DNA of 64,000 nucleotides, taken from Terriglobia bacterium (GTDB lineage: Bacteria; Acidobacteriota; Polarisedimenticolia; Polarisedimenticolales; JAIQFR01). The notes beneath the pieces are model-generated. The model had not been told where the DNA came from and did not search any database. It was given only the letters and a program-made list of their open reading frames with translations. Below, piece after piece: positions 19,184 through 25,159 of the stretch. Each line of letters begins with the position of its first letter. Positions within the stretch are counted from its first letter, which is position 1. The stretch covers positions 320,001 to 384,000 of the forward strand of contig CAVVHE010000004.1 of assembly GCA_963748015.1 (NCBI GenBank), read 5' to 3'. Made by a program: the position numbers and the translations under genes.

Positions 19184-20185
19184 ATGACGCCGACCGCCGC
19201 TAGCACCGACGTCTCGATTTCCGGTTTCAACCGGCTCTTCCTGGGCTCGAGCCTGGCCGCCTGCAAGGTGCGCGATGCCGTACGGCGCGCCGCCAAGATC
19301 GACCTGCCGGTCCTGGTCGTCGGGGAGAGCGGCTCGGGCAAGGAGCTCGTTGCCCGGGAGATCCACCTGCGGTCCGTGCGCTCCCGCGGAGCGTTCGTAC
19401 CGCTCAACTGCGCGGCGATTCCCGACACCCTCATCGAGTCCGAGCTCTTCGGCCACGAGGCCGGCGCCTACACGGATGCCCACGGCGTCCGCCGCGGCTA
19501 CTTCGAGATGGCCCACCAGGGGACTCTCTTCCTGGACGAGATCGGCGACCTGAGCGCGACCGCGCAGCCGAAGCTCCTTCGGGCCCTCGAGACCCGCGAG
19601 GTGTTCCGCGTCGGCAGCGAGTCTCCCAAGCCCGTGGATGTCCGCATCATCGCCGCGACGAATCACAACCTCGCGGAGATGACCCGGGAGAAGAAGTTCA
19701 GGCTCGACCTCTACTTCCGGATCCGGATCCTCGAGGTCTCTATCCCCCCGCTCCGGGAGAGGCTCGACGACATCCCGGAGCTGGCGGAGCACTTCGCCCG
19801 GCTCGTCGCGCGGGCCAACAACCGCGAGTTCCTGTCGATCACGCCGCCCGCGATCGAGCTCCTGCGCTCGTACCCCTGGCCCGGCAACGTACGGGAGTTG
19901 CGCTCTGTCATGGAGCGGGCCATCGCCTCGACCTCCGGCCCGGTTCTCGACGAGACCTGCTTCGCGCTCGATCCGACCTCCGGCACCGGCCTCGTGTTTC
20001 CGAACATCCTGCAGAAGGACTGGAAGGAGGCCCGGCGCAGATTCGAGTGGGCCTACGTCAACTACCTTCTCGGGAGGTTCAAGGGAAACGTCGGAGAAGC
20101 GGCTCACGCCGCCGGCCTGACGCCTCGCGGCCTCCACAAGATGCTGCATCGCCTCGGCCTGCGGCCCGATCGCTGGTTCTCCTGA
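19184..20185 (+). CDS. Sigma54-dependent enhancer-binding protein lacking an N-terminal sensory domain (AAA+ plus Fis-type HTH)
   Basis: AAGGAGG RBS; GESGSGKE, NCAA, ESELFGHEAGAYTDA, LFLDEIG, RIIAATN, FRLDLYFR, WPGNVREL; C-terminal HTH. Confidence 0.92.
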   Translation: MTPTAASTDVSISGFNRLFLGSSLAACKVRDAVRRAAKIDLPVLVVGESGSGKELVAREIHLRSVRSRGAFVPLNCAAIPDTLIESELFGHEAGAYTDAHGVRRGYFEMAHQGTLFLDEIGDLSATAQPKLLRALETREVFRVGSESPKPVDVRIIAATNHNLAEMTREKKFRLDLYFRIRILEVSIPPLRERLDDIPELAEHFARLVARANNREFLSITPPAIELLRSYPWPGNVRELRSVMERAIASTSGPVLDETCFALDPTSGTGLVFPNILQKDWKEARRRFEWAYVNYLLGRFKGNVGEAAHAAGLTPRGLHKMLHRLGLRPDRWFS

Positions 20186-20349
20186 CCCCTGCGCGCCGGA
20201 GGGGGAGGAGGGCAAGGCCAGGGAGAAGCGGCTCGGGCCGCCGGCCTGGCGCCTCGCAGCCTCTACAACTTGCTGCATCGCCTCGGCCTGCGGCCCGATC
20301 GCTGGTTCTCCTGACCCCTGCGCGCCGGAGGGGGGAGGAGGGCAAGGCC
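20093..20349 (+). repeat. Tandem duplication (period 129 bp) of the bEBP HTH-coding 3' end plus downstream spacer
   Basis: Copy 1 is 20093-20219 and copy 2 is 20222-20349. They are identical in the 3' part apart from one extra G in a G-run, with 7 substitutions clustered in the HTH codons. Confidence 0.95.
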
Positions 20350-20858
20350 TATTCGAGGCGCGCAGCCAGGAGAACGCTCGACGCGGGGTCCTCGACGAGC
20401 CCGCTGCCACCGCCCGGGTTCCCCGCGACCTGGACCCCCGGAACGGCGCGGGAATTCCACAGCCTGTAAGAGAACACCTTGCCGTTCGAGGCCACGGTGT
20501 AGCCGACGAGCCTGAGACGTCCCTCTTCCGCATAGAAGAGAGCGGAAGGCGAGGCTTCCTTGGGAGTCTCCGCGTTCGAGACGCGGCTCATGAGGAAGCC
20601 GACCGGCATGCGCTCGATGTACACCCGGTGCAGCCCGGTGACGGGGTTGAAGTTCCGGTTGAGGCAGAGTCTCAGCTCGCCGGCCGGGTAGACCGTGCCG
20701 TCCGGCATCACGAACGGGGCCGGGACGTCGATCGCGATGCAGTGGGCGGGCACGACGGCCCAGGCTGCCCCGCCGACGGCGAGGCAGGCCAGCACCGCGG
20801 CGAGCCGGCCCGATACGAGCAACGCGCTCCGCTTCACCAATCCGCCGTTCCTCTTCAT
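20349..20858 (-). CDS. Secreted hypothetical protein, paralog A (169 aa)
   Basis: Signal peptide ending AWA; DVPAPFVMPDGTVYPAGELRLC; aligns without gaps to 23917-24426. Confidence 0.85.
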   Translation of the reverse strand: MKRNGGLVKRSALLVSGRLAAVLACLAVGGAAWAVVPAHCIAIDVPAPFVMPDGTVYPAGELRLCLNRNFNPVTGLHRVYIERMPVGFLMSRVSNAETPKEASPSALFYAEEGRLRLVGYTVASNGKVFSYRLWNSRAVPGVQVAGNPGGGSGLVEDPASSVLLAARLE

Positions 20859-20900
20859 GGCCCACCCCCTTTCACTACTCTGTTACGCCTCACTGCCCCA

Positions 20901-20915
20901 GCAGGTTTCGCGCCA
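20901..20915 (-). promoter_or_regulatory. Sigma54 -24/-12 promoter of paralog A
   Basis: Minus strand TGGCGCGAAACCTGC (GG-N10-GC), conserved upstream of paralog B. Confidence 0.75.
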
Positions 20916-20955
20916 ACCCGGATCGACGACAACTCAACGAAATTCACCACGCGCG

Positions 20956-20991
20956 TGAACTTCGGTTCCCGAAACAGGGAACCGCGGTTCA
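20956..20991. promoter_or_regulatory. Tandem GAAC-N4-GTTC palindromic sites (candidate enhancer/UAS), copy A
   Basis: TGAACTTCGGTTC-CCGAAACAGG-GAACCGCGGTTCA; the two boxes are 22 bp apart; conserved at 23793-23828. Confidence 0.7.
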
Positions 20992-21031
20992 CTGCCCCGG
21001 GCGGAGTGGATCTCTTTGTGTCTTTCCGGGG

Positions 21032-21937
21032 TCAGCCGCGGCTGGCGGGCCAGAGGCAGGCGGCGCCGCGCACGCCGCTCGAGTCGCCGTGGGCGGGCGG
21101 CACCAGACGGGTATCCACGCGGTCGGAGAAAACCCAGCGGGCCCAGCTCGCGGGGACGGCGGCGTAGACACGCTCGAGGTTCGACAGCCCGCCGCCCAGG
21201 ACGATGACCTCGGGGTCGAGCAGGTTGATCACGGCGGCGAGCCCGCGCGCGAGACGCTCCTCGAAGCGCGCGAGGCAGGCCTCCGCGGACGCGTCTCCCT
21301 CGAGTGCGCGGGCGGCGATCTCGGGCGGCTCCAGTGTCTCTCCCGTCGCTTCGCGAAAATCGAGCGCCATTCCGGGCCCGGACAGGAACCGCTCGATGCA
21401 GCCGGTCCGCCCGCAGTAGCAGGACGGGCCGGGCCACTCGCCGGTTGCGGGCCAGGGCAGGGGATTGTGGCCCCACTCCCCACCGATCGCGTTCGGCCCC
21501 GTGACGATCCGGCCGTCCACGACGATGCCGCCGCCGACGCCGGTCCCGAGGATCGCTCCGAACACGGTCTTGGCACCGGCGGCGGCGCCGTCCCGCGCCT
21601 CGGAGAGCGCGAAGCAGTCGGCGTCGTTCGCGAAGCGCAGCGGCCGGTCGAGCCGCGCCGCGAGGTCCCCGGCCAGCGGCTTGCCGTTGAGCCAGACGGA
21701 GTTCGAGTTCTTGATCATCCCGGTGGCGGGCGAGATCGCCCCCGGGGTTCCGACGCCCACGCTGGCCCGCTCGCCGATCTCCTCCTCGAGCGTCTCGACC
21801 AGCTCGACGATGGCGCGGAGCGTGCCCCGGTAGTCGTTCCGGGGAGTAGCCACCCGCTTCCGGTCGAAGACCGCCCCGTCCGAGGTGAGCGCGATCGCCT
21901 CGATCTTCGTCCCGCCGAGGTCCACGCCGATGCGCAA
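21032..21937 (-). CDS. ROK family sugar kinase (fructokinase/Mak-like)
   Basis: GVDLGGTKIE, ANDADCFALSEA, GTGVGGG, GEWGH, CYCGRTGCIE and HGDSSGVRGAA. Confidence 0.92.
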   Translation of the reverse strand: MRIGVDLGGTKIEAIALTSDGAVFDRKRVATPRNDYRGTLRAIVELVETLEEEIGERASVGVGTPGAISPATGMIKNSNSVWLNGKPLAGDLAARLDRPLRFANDADCFALSEARDGAAAGAKTVFGAILGTGVGGGIVVDGRIVTGPNAIGGEWGHNPLPWPATGEWPGPSCYCGRTGCIERFLSGPGMALDFREATGETLEPPEIAARALEGDASAEACLARFEERLARGLAAVINLLDPEVIVLGGGLSNLERVYAAVPASWARWVFSDRVDTRLVPPAHGDSSGVRGAACLWPASRG

Positions 21938-21967
21938 GGCAGTGCCCCTCCGGGGCTCGGGGCCGAT

Positions 21968-23092
21968 CTATCCGAGGTGGGGGGAAGTTCTGAGAGGTCG
22001 GCGAGCCGGGCGCCCCATCTGCCTCAAGAACCTGAGGTGGGAGCGCAACGCGCCGAAGAACGTCTCGTGGGTCAGGAGAGGCACCCCGTGCTCCCGGCAG
22101 ACCTCTCGCGTGATCGGGGCCAAGGCCGGGTAGTGAACGTGGCTGATCCGGGGGAAGAGGTGGTGCTCCACCTGGAAGTTCAACCCGCCGAGGTACCAGG
22201 TCAGCCAGCGGCTCCGCGGAGCGAAGTCCACCGTCGTGGCCAGCTGGTGCTCGAAGAAGCTGCGCTCGATCCGCCGTTCCGTGGCCGGCTTCTGCTCGAT
22301 GGTCGCTTCCTCGACGCAGTGGGCCAGCTGGAACACCGTGGCCAGCGTCACCCCGAGCGCGAGCGAATAGAAGGCATAGATCAGCAGCACGGGCAGAACG
22401 GGGTGCAACGCCAGCGGCAGCGCCAGGGTCCAGCCCACGTAGAAGAGCTTACCGCCGATCAGGATCGCCAGGTCCAAGCCCCGGGGGCGCGGGATCCGCT
22501 GCGCCCCGATCCGTCCTCGGACCAGGCTCCGGAAATCGTCGTAGAGCGCCCACTTCGGCGGGAAGAAGGCGTAGAGGACCCACGAGTACAGGTACTGAAA
22601 CCGGTGATACCAGCGCCGCGGCTGTCCGGGTGCCAGGCGGAGGAACGGCGCCCCGTCGATGTCGTCGTCCACGCCGTCGATGTTGGTGTACTGATGGTGG
22701 ATGATGTTGTGCTTGAAGTTCCAGAAATACGAGCTTCCGCCGACGAGGTCGAGCGTCCAGGCCGAAAAGCGGTTGCCGAAGCGACGACGCGCGTAAGAGC
22801 CGTGCCCGCCGTCGTGCTGGATGTTGAAGCCGACGCCGGCCACCGCAAGCCCCAGCGAGACCGCCAGGGGGAGGGCCTGCCACCACGTCGACGCCCAGAA
22901 AACGAGCAGGGCATACGAAAGCACCAGCCAGGCGACGATCAGCGCCGACTTGACGTACATGCGGAAGCCGCCGTCCCGGCGGCGCCCGGTTCGGTCGAAG
23001 TACGCCTGGACGCGATCGAGGAGAGCCGCCCGAAGGGGCGAGTGGGGCGGATACTTGACCGCGGTGGCTTCCGCGCTGGTGGTCTGTGACAA
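21968..23092 (-). CDS. Membrane fatty acid (acyl-CoA/acyl-lipid) desaturase
   Basis: His boxes QHDGGH, HNIIHH and QVEHHLFP; probable TTG start at 23092 behind GGGAGA. Confidence 0.88.
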   Translation of the reverse strand: MSQTTSAEATAVKYPPHSPLRAALLDRVQAYFDRTGRRRDGGFRMYVKSALIVAWLVLSYALLVFWASTWWQALPLAVSLGLAVAGVGFNIQHDGGHGSYARRRFGNRFSAWTLDLVGGSSYFWNFKHNIIHHQYTNIDGVDDDIDGAPFLRLAPGQPRRWYHRFQYLYSWVLYAFFPPKWALYDDFRSLVRGRIGAQRIPRPRGLDLAILIGGKLFYVGWTLALPLALHPVLPVLLIYAFYSLALGVTLATVFQLAHCVEEATIEQKPATERRIERSFFEHQLATTVDFAPRSRWLTWYLGGLNFQVEHHLFPRISHVHYPALAPITREVCREHGVPLLTHETFFGALRSHLRFLRQMGRPARRPLRTSPHLG

Positions 23093-23153
23093 GTGAGAAT
23101 CTCCCAGACGGCGAGAGCTCCGCCGCGCCGCCTGAGCTAACGGTAGCAATCTG

Positions 23154-23166
23154 GACAATAATTGTC
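23154..23166. promoter_or_regulatory. Palindrome GACAAT-A-ATTGTC (candidate repressor operator) in a divergent promoter region
   Basis: Perfect AT-rich inverted repeat between the desaturase and YaiI starts. Confidence 0.45.
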
Positions 23167-23266
23167 AACAGCTAGCTCTCGCCCACGATGCCGAGCGACC
23201 GGCGGGGAGCGTAAACTCGAGGACTCCGCGCCGGGGGAGCGCATCGGTTCATCACGAGGAGGGATC

Positions 23267-23731
23267 GTGCTCGACATCTACGTGGACGGCGACGGTTGCC
23301 CGGTCAAGAAAGAGGTCTACCGGGTCGCGGAGCGCTACGAGCTGAAGGTGCTCGTGGTGGCACACGTGCCGCTTCACGTTCCGTCCACGGGCCGGATCGA
23401 GCGGGTGAGGGTCAAGCCGGGGTTCGGGGCCGCCGACGACTGGATCGCGGAGCACATCCAGGAAGACGACATCGCGGTCACCGCCGACATCCCTCTCGCC
23501 GACCGCTGCCTCAAGCGCGGCGCGCGCGTCGTCGCCCCCGACGGCCGCCTGTTCACGGAGGCGATGATCGGGGAAGCCCTGGCCAGCCGCGAGCTCATGG
23601 ATCAGCTGAGGCAGATGGGGGAGGTGACGGGCGGACCGAGGCCTTTCGCTCCCACCGATCGCTCGCGGTTCCTCTCCCGCCTCGACGAGGTCATCGTCGC
23701 CGTGCGCCTCGGCAAGGCGAGGAGACAGTAG
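23267..23731 (+). CDS. YaiI/YqxD family protein (UPF0178)
   Basis: IYVDGDGCPVK, AADDWIAE, TADIPLA and GGPRPF..DRSRF; GAGGAGG RBS. Confidence 0.9.
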   Translation: MLDIYVDGDGCPVKKEVYRVAERYELKVLVVAHVPLHVPSTGRIERVRVKPGFGAADDWIAEHIQEDDIAVTADIPLADRCLKRGARVVAPDGRLFTEAMIGEALASRELMDQLRQMGEVTGGPRPFAPTDRSRFLSRLDEVIVAVRLGKARRQ

Positions 23732-23792
23732 GCCGTCCTCGAGACGACCGGCCTTCCATCGCACGAGACAACCCCGTCAAGAAACGCCGCAT

Positions 23793-23828
23793 TGAACCGC
23801 GGTTCCCTGATTCGGGAACCGGAGTTCA
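23793..23828. promoter_or_regulatory. Tandem GAAC-N4-GTTC palindromic sites (candidate enhancer/UAS), copy B
   Basis: TGAACCGCGGTTC-CCTGATTCGG-GAACCGGAGTTCA. Confidence 0.7.
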
Positions 23829-23868
23829 CGAGGCCGTCGAATTACGTGGTCTTCTCGTCCGCTCGCGT

Positions 23869-23883
23869 TGGCGCAAATCCTGC
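23869..23883 (+). promoter_or_regulatory. Sigma54 -24/-12 promoter of paralog B
   Basis: TGGCGCAAATCCTGC (GG-N10-GC), 40 bp from the palindrome as in copy A. Confidence 0.75.
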
Positions 23884-23916
23884 TGGAGCATCACGGTCAG
23901 AGACAGGGGGTGCGCC

Positions 23917-24426
23917 ATGAAAAACAGGAATGAGTTGGCGAAGCGGAGGGTGTTCAGGATCGCGGGGAGGTTCGTCGCGGCGATGGCCGGGTTGATCGCC
24001 GGCGGAGCCGCGTGGGCCGTCGTACCCGCCCACTGCGTCGCGCTCGACGTCCCGGCCCCGTTCGTGATGCCGGACGACTCGGTCCACCCGGCCGGCGAGC
24101 TCCGGGTGTGTCTCAATCGCAACTTCAACCCCGTCTCCGGCCTGCACCGGATCTACATCGACGGGATTCCCAGGGGATTCCTCCTGAGCCACATCGCGAA
24201 CGCCGAGATCCCCAAGGATGTCACGCCGTCCGCTCTGTTCTATGGAGAGTCGGGGCGGCTCCGGCTGGTCGGATACACGGTCGCAGCGAACGGAAAAGTC
24301 TTCTCGTACCGGCTGTGGAACGGCCGCGCGGCTTCCGGAGCCGCGATGGCTGCGAAGTCCGGCGGCGCGGACGAAGCGCTGCCGGAACCCGAGTCCCGCG
24401 TTCTCCTGGCCGCGCGCCTCGAATAG
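23917..24426 (+). CDS. Secreted hypothetical protein, paralog B (169 aa)
   Basis: MKNRNELAKRR...GGAAWAVVPAHC; paralog of 20349-20858 with the same C-terminus VLLAARLE. Confidence 0.85.
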   Translation: MKNRNELAKRRVFRIAGRFVAAMAGLIAGGAAWAVVPAHCVALDVPAPFVMPDDSVHPAGELRVCLNRNFNPVSGLHRIYIDGIPRGFLLSHIANAEIPKDVTPSALFYGESGRLRLVGYTVAANGKVFSYRLWNGRAASGAAMAAKSGGADEALPEPESRVLLAARLE

Positions 24427-24533
24427 GCCTTGCCCTCCTCCCCCCCTCCCGGCGCGTGAGGGGCCAGGAGAACCGCCGAACGGGCCGCGGGTCGTGACGC
24501 CACACGGAGCGAGCGAATTCGAGAGGCGTCAGA

Positions 24534-24559
24534 CCGGCGGCCCGGCCGGCTTTTTCTTT
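24534..24559 (+). terminator. Probable intrinsic terminator
   Basis: CCGGC-GGCCCG-GCCGG hairpin followed by CTTTTTCTTT. Confidence 0.55.
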
Positions 24560-24709
24560 GGCCTCCGGACGGGACTTCGCCGGGGCCCTTGACGCGAGAG
24601 TCCTTCCCGTCGTAAACAGTCGGCATCCGGTCTCTCGTCGGATCGACACGGCACGAAGAGCGTGGCGGTTGCTCGACCATCGGGCGACCGCAAAAGAAAG
24701 GGGGGGGTG

Positions 24710-25129
24710 ATGGCCAACATCCGCGTGTTCTTCCCGCCAGACGGGCCTCCGCAGGTCGATCTTCCGCTTGCAGCGGAACTGAAGGGGCGCAGGGTCAACT
24801 GGCACGTGCACTCTGTGAACCGGGCGGTGAAGAAGGTCAGGATTCGTTTCGAGAAGTTCGAAAAACCGCCCAACGGCTTCCCGCGTGACTTCTTCGGTGA
24901 CCACGGCCGCAACCCGGAGTTCGCCGAGTACACGCAAGACCTGGGTGTATTCATCCCGATGGTCGGGGCGAACGCGATGATCTGGGGCGAGGCGCCCACC
25001 AAAGGCGAGCAGAACTACCGTCCCTACGAGAGGAGAGACAAGTACACCATCTCGGGTCTAGATACCCACGGCAACCTCCTCGAAGGGTGCGAACTCGACC
25101 CCGAGATCATCACGGACGATCCTCCGTGA
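24710..25129 (+). CDS. Small hypothetical beta-rich protein with C-terminal LDPEII motif (DP-EP-like)
   Basis: G-rich RBS; MANIRVFF...VNWHV...KYTISG...ELDPEIITDDPP; no signal peptide. Confidence 0.65.
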   Translation: MANIRVFFPPDGPPQVDLPLAAELKGRRVNWHVHSVNRAVKKVRIRFEKFEKPPNGFPRDFFGDHGRNPEFAEYTQDLGVFIPMVGANAMIWGEAPTKGEQNYRPYERRDKYTISGLDTHGNLLEGCELDPEIITDDPP

Positions 25130-25159
25130 CGTCGTCTCCCGGAGCGTCGCGCTGCGGGA

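Noticed and set aside
20183..20206. Selenocysteine recoding at the bEBP TGA
   Set aside because: No Cys-equivalent position in the protein and the hairpin does not convincingly match a bacterial SECIS; only generic readthrough is kept as a hypothesis.
20093..20349. Diversity-generating retroelement TR/VR pair
   Set aside because: Differences are not adenine-specific in either direction and there is no reverse transcriptase in the window.
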